A stretch of DNA of 64,000 nt, taken from the NCBI GenBank assembly GCA_964373695.1, contig CAYJVT010000002.1, forward strand, positions 9,448 to 73,447, in the 5' to 3' direction. Each line of letters starts with the position of its first letter. The first letter of the stretch is position 1. A program made the position numbers and the translations under genes. The notes below the pieces were generated by a model that worked only from the letters and a program-made list of their open reading frames with translations, searched no databases and was not told where the DNA came from. The stretch comes from an uncultured archaeon. GTDB taxonomy: Archaea; Aenigmatarchaeota; Aenigmatarchaeia; GW2011-AR5. Shown here piece by piece: positions 1 to 8,900 of the stretch.

Positions 1-909
1 TTCGGCGCCCCTCGCTTCCGCCGTCTTCAGCAGGCTGTCTCTTTCCCTCACGACCTTGTCCGACACAAGGAGGAGCGAGACGGCCCCCATTTCCACGGCA
101 TTTTCCACCTCTTTCGGGCCGTACAGGACCTTTCCGTCTGCGGCCAGGTCAGAAAAAAACTTCTCTACGAGCCGCGTCTGTTCCGCGACGGCCGAAGATT
201 TCACTATCTTCTCGACAGTGCCGCGGCGCAGGAGCTCCTTGACGCCGGACTCCCCTGTATGCGCTATGCCGTCCGTCACTATCTTCGTCGCCAGGCCGCC
301 GCCGGATTCCTTTATGAGATTCATCAGGTCATCCTTCGCGAATCCAGGGCCGGCCAGTATTATCCTGAAGCAATCCTTGTCCTGCATGTACTCCATGAGC
401 TCGTCGTAGTACTTCTCCTTCCTTTCATGGCCGTATGTCTTCCCGGTGACCCCCCTGAACGACGCAAGCGGCTGGAGCTTCTCCGTGAGAATGAAGAAAT
501 CCGCCTCGCTGTCGTCCATGACGCATATGAGAACCTTGGGATGCTTCACCTTCGCGTCCTCGAGCCTCTGGAGCTCGTACTTCTTCCATTCCCTCTCTAT
601 GGAGACGCTCTCGTTGGGCATTATTTCGAAGGCGTGCCAGCCGCGCTCCCCTTCCGAGCATTCCACTATCTTCCCGGCGGCCCTGAGCTGGTCGCCCTCG
701 AAATCGACCTTCTCCACCGAAACCCGCACGAATATGCTCTTCCTTACCGATGTGTGGGTGTCGCCGCGCTCTATCTTTATGGAACGAAGGGTTTTGCCGC
801 CGACTATGTCGCCCTTTCCGAGAATTTCCGACAAAAGCCATAGGTCGTCCGGATTCTCCGGCACCAGGACGACGATGTTGTGCCGGAGGTCCTTCTTTAG
901 GAGCTTCAT
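1..909 (-). CDS. pelA: Pelota/Dom34 mRNA surveillance protein, 3' end runs off the window
   Basis: Manual translation from ATG at 909: MKLLKKDLRHNIVVLVPENPDDLWLL...GKIVECSEG...HAFEI...IILAGPGFAKDDL...LYGPKEVENAVEMGAVSLLLVSD. Absent from the ORF track because no stop lies in the window. Confidence 0.92.
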   Translation of the reverse strand, partial: MKLLKKDLRHNIVVLVPENPDDLWLLSEILGKGDIVGGKTLRSIKIERGDTHTSVRKSIFVRVSVEKVDFEGDQLRAAGKIVECSEGERGWHAFEIMPNESVSIEREWKKYELQRLEDAKVKHPKVLICVMDDSEADFFILTEKLQPLASFRGVTGKTYGHERKEKYYDELMEYMQDKDCFRIILAGPGFAKDDLMNLIKESGGGLATKIVTDGIAHTGESGVKELLRRGTVEKIVKSSAVAEQTRLVEKFFSDLAADGKVLYGPKEVENAVEMGAVSLLLVSDKVVRERDSLLKTAEARGAE

Positions 910-955
910 AGATAAACATGGTAAATTAATATTTTAAGTTCCATAATAACATGCA

Positions 956-1669
956 ATGGAATCTGTCAGATATGCAATCATGCCCGGTGATGAAACTGAA
1001 CCGTTCTCATTCTTCTTGCTCAATGCATGGCTCCAGTCAAGAATCGGCACAGGCAATGAAACCGACGGCGACGAGGACGTTAACATTTACATTTCAGGCG
1101 TTCTTGCCAGAGATGCATTCGGCAGATACAATACCGACAATCCTGAAACGGGTCTGAGAAGGAAAGGCATTGATGTCGAATTCGCCGCCGAGTCAGCCGA
1201 GACACAAAGGAGAAGATTCGAGATTTACGCAAGGAATGCTGACCTCAGGCTGCTGAATGCCGGCATATACCAAGACCCAGAAATAACAGGCTGCGGGGAC
1301 GTGTTTTATGAAAATGCGGCATCTGCCCTGGCGGGAACCAGAATACGAAGCATGATGAAATTATTCCTGGACAAACTGGCGTCCGGATACGACACTTACG
1401 TCGAGGTCCTGCGCCACATGAAAGCCGTGCATCTCGGCCTGATAGAAAGACTGTCCATAGAGGAAATGGCTGCGTTCCAGAGCGGGGCGCAGGAAGCGGC
1501 AATGCCGTACATGAAGAGGCTGGCATATGGATGGTTCGCAGACGCCTACGCCGATGCAAGGAATGCAACAGAACCGGCAGCCCGCGCCGAGGCCGAAGGA
1601 CGCGCCAACTCGATAGCCGCCCAGCTGAGAGCGATAGATCCGGGCTTCAGGTTCGACGGCTTCCAATAA
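956..1669 (+). CDS. Hypothetical protein (237 aa)
   Basis: Long ORF divergent from pelota, host-like codon usage, no recognisable motif. Confidence 0.7.
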   Translation: MESVRYAIMPGDETEPFSFFLLNAWLQSRIGTGNETDGDEDVNIYISGVLARDAFGRYNTDNPETGLRRKGIDVEFAAESAETQRRRFEIYARNADLRLLNAGIYQDPEITGCGDVFYENAASALAGTRIRSMMKLFLDKLASGYDTYVEVLRHMKAVHLGLIERLSIEEMAAFQSGAQEAAMPYMKRLAYGWFADAYADARNATEPAARAEAEGRANSIAAQLRAIDPGFRFDGFQ

Positions 1670-1714
1670 GGCTTTAAAGCTTTCTGTAATTACTTACTTC
1701 TAAGTGACAAATAT

Positions 1715-2854
1715 ATGGCAGATGAATTTCCAACAATGTTTGTAGCCGGCATCACGATACTTGCGGTGCTGCTCATCATATTCAACGTCAACACGTTCGT
1801 CCAGCCGTCGATATCAGGAACTGGATTCCTGACTAAGGAGAGTTTTGACGAGAAGGACCTGAAAGGCGCGTTCTTCGCCGGGACCAACTTCACGAACCAG
1901 TTCGCGGCTTTCAACTTCGACTTTGCCGTGGACAACCTTGCAGGCGCCAAGACGGCAAGCATAGGCCAGAGAGAAGTGTCCAACGGCATATTGTTCGGCG
2001 AGAAGTCAGTCAGATATACACTGGAGAAAGGCGAATCCGTGACGGTAAAGTTCAGGATAGAAAGCACAAACGCCCTGACACCGCTCATTTTCAGGCTTAA
2101 CGGCAATGAATACAAGTATGACCTCAAGGAAGGCATCCATGAAGTGACGATAGACGAGCCCTTCGAAGACGGAAGCGTGCTTGAAATAACTGCTGCAAGC
2201 TCCAGCTGGAAAATATGGGCCCCGTCCCTCTACCGCCTGGATGGAATAAGCATAAACGTGAAGGCGTTCAAGGAGGATGTCGACCAGTACATATTCAACG
2301 TAGGCGACGAGTTCGAGACGCTGCAGGGCGGAAGGATGGACCTGTACCTGAAGGAGAACGCAGGCATACTCAAGATAGAGCTTAACGGCAAGGTTATATT
2401 TGACGGAATAGCGAGGGATTTCCAGCCAATACGCTTCTCCAGCAACGACATAATGAAAGGGCAGAACATACTCACATTCACGGCCACTCCCGAATCGAAG
2501 TTCTCAGGTGAGGCCACGATGGTCCTGTTCTACAAGCATGGCGAGCAGAAGGAAGTGAAGGCGATAATCAACCTGACCGAGGCCGAGCAGAAGGCCGTAA
2601 AGCGCGGAACTGTAAGGTTCAAGATAGTCGACGTCAGCAAAAACGGCGGCGTCGCCATCCGGATAACGCATGGCGGCGAGACAACGTTCAGCACTTTCGC
2701 CCGCGCAGAGACCGGCACATACTCATTCGAGTTCACGAAAGACGAGGTCAGGCAGGGCATAAGCGTCGTCTCGATAGAGGCGATAGACGGGGCCTCCTTC
2801 CTGGTGAAGGGGCTTGACGTCAAGATAGAGAAGGGTCTTTTTATCAGCTTATGA
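1715..2854 (+). CDS. N-terminally anchored, beta-rich secreted/surface protein (379 aa)
   Basis: One N-terminal hydrophobic helix (FVAGITILAVLLIIF) followed by alternating beta-strand patterns. Confidence 0.75.
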   Translation: MADEFPTMFVAGITILAVLLIIFNVNTFVQPSISGTGFLTKESFDEKDLKGAFFAGTNFTNQFAAFNFDFAVDNLAGAKTASIGQREVSNGILFGEKSVRYTLEKGESVTVKFRIESTNALTPLIFRLNGNEYKYDLKEGIHEVTIDEPFEDGSVLEITAASSSWKIWAPSLYRLDGISINVKAFKEDVDQYIFNVGDEFETLQGGRMDLYLKENAGILKIELNGKVIFDGIARDFQPIRFSSNDIMKGQNILTFTATPESKFSGEATMVLFYKHGEQKEVKAIINLTEAEQKAVKRGTVRFKIVDVSKNGGVAIRITHGGETTFSTFARAETGTYSFEFTKDEVRQGISVVSIEAIDGASFLVKGLDVKIEKGLFISL

Positions 2855-2865
2855 GTTGAACGAAC

Positions 2866-3180
2866 ATGATTGGCGACACGCACAGAATGCTCAAGAGAAT
2901 AAGAAGGGAGACACCTTATGAAGTCCGTGAAGGGAGGGATTCTGAAGGAAATTTATTGTGGAATATTCATTCCCTTAACTATAATCATGATCCAAACGGC
3001 GAAGGCAGCGAGCCGCAAAGAGAATATTTGGGTAATGTAACATCAAAAAATCCAAGACCTTTCCTCAGATTATGCTTTGGCAGACCCTATTTCTTTGCCA
3101 GAGGCAGCGAAGACGATGCCAGCGAGGAAACTAAAAGAGTAACCAAGATAGCTGGAAAAAACTCAGTTTTCTACGAGTAA
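2866..3180 (+). CDS. Small hypothetical protein (104 aa)
   Basis: ORF co-oriented with neighbours, AT-richer than flanks. Confidence 0.5.
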   Translation: MIGDTHRMLKRIRRETPYEVREGRDSEGNLLWNIHSLNYNHDPNGEGSEPQREYLGNVTSKNPRPFLRLCFGRPYFFARGSEDDASEETKRVTKIAGKNSVFYE

Positions 3181-3225
3181 TAAGTTTCTGATTTCCTTTT
3201 ATTTCTGCGATCCTATATATCATCT

Positions 3226-3435
3226 ATGCAGGACATCCTCGGCGAAATCAAGTCTCTTGAAAACGAGATAAAACGCATAAAACTTATGCACTCTATTGGC
3301 AAAATATCGCTTGCGGAGTCGAAGAAGGAGATACGCATCCTCGACAGCAGGCTCAAATCCCTCATGAACGGCCTGCCGGAGAAAGACCGCAGTGAAATCC
3401 TTTTCAGGAAGGAATACCATTCTGTGCATTACTGA
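3226..3435 (+). CDS. Small helical/coiled-coil hypothetical protein (69 aa)
   Basis: Heptad-like LENEIKRIKL and IRILDSRLKSL pattern. Confidence 0.55.
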   Translation: MQDILGEIKSLENEIKRIKLMHSIGKISLAESKKEIRILDSRLKSLMNGLPEKDRSEILFRKEYHSVHY

Positions 3436-3521
3436 CGGTTTCTAACCTTTTTACCACCCTTTTTCCAATAATATTCAGAGAAACAGATAGAATTACTTAG
3501 ATTAATCTAGAGCGTGGAAAA

Positions 3522-6500
3522 ATGGCAGAACAAGATCGTACAATAGAAGATATAAAAAACGATATTTTGAGTGAAAAAAGAAATATCAAGAGGAGACTAC
3601 AAAGTGATGAAGACCCTAGACAAATTGCAGAACAACTCATCTCTAGATACGCATTACGCAATCCACATATTACCAATAGGGATTGGATTCATGATGGTGT
3701 AGTTTCTGCTATTAATGAGATAATAGGAGAAACTACTGGCACTACAATTGGTGGTGGCCACCCAAAATATAACCCCTTACAACATCGTGGCCCTCATTAT
3801 ATAGAAGAAAAACACTTTGTGGTAAAGATACTTCAACCGAATCCGCATAATCCTAGGGAAAATAATATAGAACTTCATCAAGAGCCTACAACAGGACAGC
3901 AGTTTCATGAAAAAATTGTCTTCGATGCAGAGGTTACAGGCGGCAAAGGACCCTTTAGATATAAATGGGAAGTCCAGGTATCTGGACAGGGATTTACTAC
4001 TTGGATTCACTTCTGGCCTTACGATAAAAATGGAATTGCTTATGACTGGAGTGATGAAGTTGACAGCAGGGATTATAAATTCTTCAAGGGCGGCCTAGAT
4101 ACCATAAGGAACAACTTCCACTATGCCCAGCCGCTTCATGCCACCCATATGGATGACCCGTGGGCAAGCCTGCCTCCAGGAACTTATAGGGTGCGCGTAA
4201 CAGTCAGGGATAGCACAAGAAAAGAAGCCCAGGCGGAAACGACTTTCACCGTCGGCGGCCTGATACCGGATAAAAATTACATAAAAGCCCATATAACAAG
4301 CCCTGCGGAATCCGGACACATCAAGGAAATAGAACTGCATACGGACGTGTCAACAGGGGACCGGTGGCACGAGGCTGTAACATTCAACTGCGAGGTCACG
4401 CACGGCATCACGCCCTACACGTATGAATGGAAGATAGACAACCATACCGTATGGCAGGGCACGAACGACATGTTCAAAACGTTCCAGAGAGGCGGGCAGA
4501 AAAATCCTGTCGCAGAGCCCAATAACTCGGATGCAAACCTTGACATACCGGCCGCAAGCCTCACGGAAGGCAGGCATGAAATCGTGCTGACAGTCACCGA
4601 CAGAAGGAGAAATACCGCGACAGCAAAATGTTTCCTGATAGTCACATCAAAGCCAAGGGGGAAAATGCGTGCTGTAATAACACAGCCGAGAGATGAAGAC
4701 CCAAAAAAAACTTTCGGCAAAGAGCTCAAGGGGGAAAAGGAAGAATCATATCACGAGCCTATAACATTCGACTGCGAAGTTTCCGGCGGCTCCGGCAACT
4801 ACGACTACAAGTGGACTGCCACTTCAATGGATCAGGATCTCAACGAAACTTCGGCTGAAGTCCCGCTAAATTTCGTGAGCCGGAAAACTTTCACGAGAGG
4901 CGGGCAAACGCATCCTGTAAATAATGAAAACGACCCGCAGGCAAGCCTTAGCGAAGGCCTGTACCAGATAACACTCAAGGTCACCGACATAAACAACACG
5001 AACGAAACTGCAGAAGCAACAACATGGATACGCATCGGCGAGGAGGAAGGCACTCATGCGCGCTCCCTTTCATCGTACGTCGGGATGAGGCCGGCAGCGG
5101 CGCGCATAGGGGGCGGCTGGGCGGGCGGGCCCAGGGGTGCTTACACGAGGCGGCAGGCCATGACAGGAATAGGAGAACGGGCCATGCACAGGGTGCAGCA
5201 TCCCATGTCGGGCTCGGGCAGAGCCCTCGGTTTCATCAGAAGCGAGAAGAAGGAAGGGACAGGAACATGGGGCAAAGAGGGCATCCGCGGAGCTATAAGG
5301 TCCAATATTGCAGTGCAATCGGCAGTAAACCAGGGAAAGCGCGAGCTCAACAGGTGGGCCAGGCAGATGTTCAGCCCGGAATTCCAGAGGCTTCAGCGCG
5401 AACTAAGAACCCTCACGGATACATGGAGGAGAAGGAGAAGGGAATGGGTTGATGTAAGAAACCAGGCAAGAAGGCAGTATGGCAGGTGGAGGGATTATCT
5501 TAAAGGGCAGGGGGGAGCTGATGCCCTGACAAATTCAGTCACTATCGCCCAGCAGCGCGGACAGGTAAACGAGGTCCAGGCCAGGCTCCTCATAGACCAG
5601 ATAAACCAGGCTTACAACAGGTTCACGAAATCCGAGGAGGAGCTGCTGAATTTCAGCCACAGCAAAGCCAGTGAATTGCAGACAACCATAAATAACAGGA
5701 TGGAAAAGGTTGCAGAACAGGTTGCAGGCCGCATCATCTACAGGTTCAAGATAAAAGACGGGGCCGCACAGGACGATATAAAAAGTGAGCTGAAAGGAGA
5801 GGCCCAGAAAATCGCAACAAGCATGGTGGAGAAGGGCAGGGACACCCTATCGGGGCCGCTTGGAATGATAAGAAGCGCCTCCATGGGAGCAAAAACGGTA
5901 GGCGCCTCCTACTACAGCTTCTGGGAATTCTGGAGGGAAATACTGACAGCACCTTTCATATGGGGAACGCTGTTCGCAGTCGTCCAGTATTTCTTCATAC
6001 TTACATATGTAGGCTACAATCCGACATACCTTCTGATATATCCGATAATAACGGCTTTATTCACTTTTCTAGTTTACTTCGGGGACCTTTTCGAGGGCGG
6101 GGCGCGGCCTTTTGACCTGTTCAACCATTTAGCATCGGGTGCCATCATCGGGTACACGGCAGTGCTGCTGATGCTGGCCTTCGGATTCCAGACTTTTGTC
6201 AGCACCGGATGGTTCTGGGGGATATGGATATTCTTCAGCCTTATCGGCATCTTCCAGTTCTACCATTCAGGCGGATTCAGGATAGTGCTCCAGGGCGGCG
6301 TCATAATCCTCCTCTTCGCGTACATAGCGATGGGGCCGTACTCGGGATACTATCAACAGGTCATAGACCAGGTAAGAGGGCCTGTTGTCGTCGCGTACGA
6401 TGCGGTGGAGAAGACGGTCGGCGACGTCTACCTGCTGGCAACGAACCCGACGGAGTGGTACGCCAGGCAGCAGGTCCAGAATGTAAGGCCGGAGAAGTCA

Positions 6501-8606
6501 ACTGTCGCGGCGCGGGGACTGGAGATCACGCTGTTCGACGCGCTGCCTGCGAGCGTGCCGGCCGGGCAGCAGTTCGCAGTTACAGCTGTCCTGAAGCACG
6601 AAGGCGTGCTGGACAACGTCACCGACATGAAAGTGGCGTTCTCGTGCAATCAGTGGTGCCTAATTGACGGCGTCACTGCCACTGATAAAGGCGTAAGCAG
6701 GACAAGCAAAGGGGCTTTCATGATAAATAATGCCGTGAATGGCCAGAGCATCCTGCTGAAGGGCGAATCAATGGTGGCATCGTTCTCCGGCTTCATTTCA
6801 AAATCAGTGACCAACAGGGAGAACGAGTACAGGCTGGCAAAGGTCACGATGAACGTTTCGTACAAATACTCAACAACAAGCTCGCTCTTCGTCGAGGTGG
6901 TAAACAGCGAGGAGCTCAACAAGAGGACCAACGAGGGAAAGAACTTCAGGAACGTGGTCGCGATAGGCAAGAACGGCCCGGCGCAGCTTTCGCTGAACGT
7001 GGGACCGCAGCCCCTGATTGCCGGGAAGAACGCTCTGCTGCTTGTGTCCGTATCGAATTCGCGCGACGACAGTTCCGTAATACTGAATGAAGGAAGCGAA
7101 ATCACGATAAGGATGCCGCGTTCAGTCGGCAGCGGACTGAACTGCGACGGATTTGTCCATGAAGAGACGGACGGATATCCGGACATTACCGGCGTGGAGG
7201 TCGTGAGGTACAAAGTCTCGCCGAAGACAGCCGACAGGGTGGAGATAAAGGCCTCGGACTTCAATTCCATATTCCCGTTCATATGCAGCTTCACGGCAAA
7301 TGAAGTACGCGGCGCCGGCCCGCTCACGCAGACAGGGCTCGTGACGGCAGAACTGCCTTCATACGAGTTCACGGTCATAAAGGAGAAGGAAGTGCCGGTA
7401 ACAGTGCCGCTAGGCATCCTGTTCGACTCCAATGAAAGGATTTGCCGTGGAGCCTCAGGCCAAGCCGAATGCATCTCGCTTGACAAATGCTATTATGAGG
7501 ATAAGGGAGCCGCAGAAAGCTCCCTGCTCAGCGACTTGTGCCACTCTTGCGCTCAGGAGCCTACATGCGACCAGTTCATGTCGCAGGAAAGCTGCGAGCA
7601 ACAGTCAGTATCGCAGTGCGGCCTCTCCAACTGCGGCTGGGATGCCGACGCGAGGAACGAGATAGGCGTGACGACAGGCAAGTGCTTCCAGAAGCCCAAC
7701 CAAATAAACGGTAACGTGAGGAACGCAATACTTTCAGGCACAATAATTGAAAAAATAATACAGGCGTCGAAAGCCGCCGGATTTGACAGGGAAGATACGA
7801 AGAGGGTGCTTGCCGTGGCGGCGCAGGAGAGCGGATTCAGGATGGTCTCCGGAGACGGCGGCGATTCGGCAGGAGTTTTCCAGCTGAATAAAAGAGCACA
7901 TCCGACATGGTTCGACCCCCTGCTGTCCGGATGTCCAGACGGCCAAACCGCCTTAGATGAGGACTGCAACATCAAGCTTGGCGTTGACTTCATCAAGAGC
8001 CTGCACATCCAGTATTTCAACGACAACCCAAGAACTTATGCCTGTGAGAGAGTATACAGCGGTTGGAACGCAGTTTTCAGATATTATAATGGATGGAACT
8101 CGCCATCCACATGCAATGATTTGACAGTAAGTTATGTAGAGAAAGTAAACGGGTGGCTCACATGCAGGGACAAGGCAAGCTGTGTTGAAAATGCGATAGT
8201 CAGGAATATCGATGATGTACGCGGATATGAGAACTTGATGGAAGCCGTATTCGCAGGGAAAGGGAGTGTGGATTTCTGCAGGGAAGCCAGAATCGATATA
8301 AACAACAAGGCAAACAGCTGGTCATATGGACAGGGATTGTGTATAGAAGGGGAGGGAGGATGCGAAGGGGACGGGCAGTGCGGCAAGCTGTTTAAAGACG
8401 TCAGAATAGACACCTCAGGCGTCTGCGTGAAGCCTGGCCATGATAATTATGACGATGTTGCGCATCAATTCGTGAATGCAGGAAAACTCCAGAGCGGCGC
8501 CGGCATCTGCTGCTATTCAGATGAAAGCGGCAACATAAATGCAAACAGGTGCAAAGCCGCTTACAGCCAGTGGTTCGGCTCATCGCCGTTATTCTCCACT
8601 GTATAA
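3522..8606 (+). CDS. Giant multidomain membrane protein (1694 aa): 3 PKD/Ig-like repeats, Arg-rich helical region, 5 TM helices, lipoprotein-like outer module, Cys-rich segments, SLT/lysozyme-like domain
   Basis: Repeats with F(D/N)xEVxxGxxxxxYxW (~3813-5040); TM cluster aa ~810-940; SLT motifs AVAAQESGF (Glu ~aa1436), SAGVFQLN, NIKLGVDFIKSL, AVFRYYNG. Confidence 0.85.
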   Translation: MAEQDRTIEDIKNDILSEKRNIKRRLQSDEDPRQIAEQLISRYALRNPHITNRDWIHDGVVSAINEIIGETTGTTIGGGHPKYNPLQHRGPHYIEEKHFVVKILQPNPHNPRENNIELHQEPTTGQQFHEKIVFDAEVTGGKGPFRYKWEVQVSGQGFTTWIHFWPYDKNGIAYDWSDEVDSRDYKFFKGGLDTIRNNFHYAQPLHATHMDDPWASLPPGTYRVRVTVRDSTRKEAQAETTFTVGGLIPDKNYIKAHITSPAESGHIKEIELHTDVSTGDRWHEAVTFNCEVTHGITPYTYEWKIDNHTVWQGTNDMFKTFQRGGQKNPVAEPNNSDANLDIPAASLTEGRHEIVLTVTDRRRNTATAKCFLIVTSKPRGKMRAVITQPRDEDPKKTFGKELKGEKEESYHEPITFDCEVSGGSGNYDYKWTATSMDQDLNETSAEVPLNFVSRKTFTRGGQTHPVNNENDPQASLSEGLYQITLKVTDINNTNETAEATTWIRIGEEEGTHARSLSSYVGMRPAAARIGGGWAGGPRGAYTRRQAMTGIGERAMHRVQHPMSGSGRALGFIRSEKKEGTGTWGKEGIRGAIRSNIAVQSAVNQGKRELNRWARQMFSPEFQRLQRELRTLTDTWRRRRREWVDVRNQARRQYGRWRDYLKGQGGADALTNSVTIAQQRGQVNEVQARLLIDQINQAYNRFTKSEEELLNFSHSKASELQTTINNRMEKVAEQVAGRIIYRFKIKDGAAQDDIKSELKGEAQKIATSMVEKGRDTLSGPLGMIRSASMGAKTVGASYYSFWEFWREILTAPFIWGTLFAVVQYFFILTYVGYNPTYLLIYPIITALFTFLVYFGDLFEGGARPFDLFNHLASGAIIGYTAVLLMLAFGFQTFVSTGWFWGIWIFFSLIGIFQFYHSGGFRIVLQGGVIILLFAYIAMGPYSGYYQQVIDQVRGPVVVAYDAVEKTVGDVYLLATNPTEWYARQQVQNVRPEKSTVAARGLEITLFDALPASVPAGQQFAVTAVLKHEGVLDNVTDMKVAFSCNQWCLIDGVTATDKGVSRTSKGAFMINNAVNGQSILLKGESMVASFSGFISKSVTNRENEYRLAKVTMNVSYKYSTTSSLFVEVVNSEELNKRTNEGKNFRNVVAIGKNGPAQLSLNVGPQPLIAGKNALLLVSVSNSRDDSSVILNEGSEITIRMPRSVGSGLNCDGFVHEETDGYPDITGVEVVRYKVSPKTADRVEIKASDFNSIFPFICSFTANEVRGAGPLTQTGLVTAELPSYEFTVIKEKEVPVTVPLGILFDSNERICRGASGQAECISLDKCYYEDKGAAESSLLSDLCHSCAQEPTCDQFMSQESCEQQSVSQCGLSNCGWDADARNEIGVTTGKCFQKPNQINGNVRNAILSGTIIEKIIQASKAAGFDREDTKRVLAVAAQESGFRMVSGDGGDSAGVFQLNKRAHPTWFDPLLSGCPDGQTALDEDCNIKLGVDFIKSLHIQYFNDNPRTYACERVYSGWNAVFRYYNGWNSPSTCNDLTVSYVEKVNGWLTCRDKASCVENAIVRNIDDVRGYENLMEAVFAGKGSVDFCREARIDINNKANSWSYGQGLCIEGEGGCEGDGQCGKLFKDVRIDTSGVCVKPGHDNYDDVAHQFVNAGKLQSGAGICCYSDESGNINANRCKAAYSQWFGSSPLFSTV

Positions 8607-8643
8607 CGGGCACAGCCGCCGGATGAAATCATATCCTGTTTAT

Positions 8644-8755
8644 TTGCTTGTTTCACTATAAGGGAAGAATACATCTTCGGCCGTGATGCCTTGCTTGTTT
8701 CACATATAGTGCCAAAGAAAAGTATATATTGAATCTTTTCTTTGAGCACTATAAG
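8644..8755. repeat. Direct repeat (TTGCTTGTTTCAC x2) plus bulged hairpin element, copy 1
   Basis: Arms TATAGTGCCAAAGAAAAG (8705-8722) and CTTTTCTTTGAGCACTATA (8735-8753); second copy at 44117-44170. Confidence 0.8.
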
Positions 8756-8812
8756 CATTGTATGAATTTTTATTCAAAGCCACAGTCTTATATCCCTTCA
8801 AATTGACAATAT

Positions 8813-8849
8813 AAACAAAAAGAGAGGCGCCATGCGCAAACGCCTCTCT
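8813..8849 (-). terminator. Bacterial-style intrinsic terminator downstream of the 573-aa ORF
   Basis: 9-bp stem AGAGAGGCG/CGCCTCTCT followed by a U-rich tract on the minus strand. Confidence 0.5.
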
Positions 8850-8900
8850 CCGGCCTGCATGAAAGCGCGGCCTTGCAGCCCTCCGCGAGGAGTTGGAGGA

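Noticed and set aside
56-937. Plus-strand ORFs of 117-194 aa and the 425..919 minus-strand ORF
   Set aside because: Shadows of the pelota gene in another frame or on the opposite strand
3522-8606. Giant protein as a phage tape-measure protein (helical region, TMs and SLT)
   Set aside because: No capsid, terminase, tail or integrase genes nearby, and it shares a module with chromosomal lipoproteins
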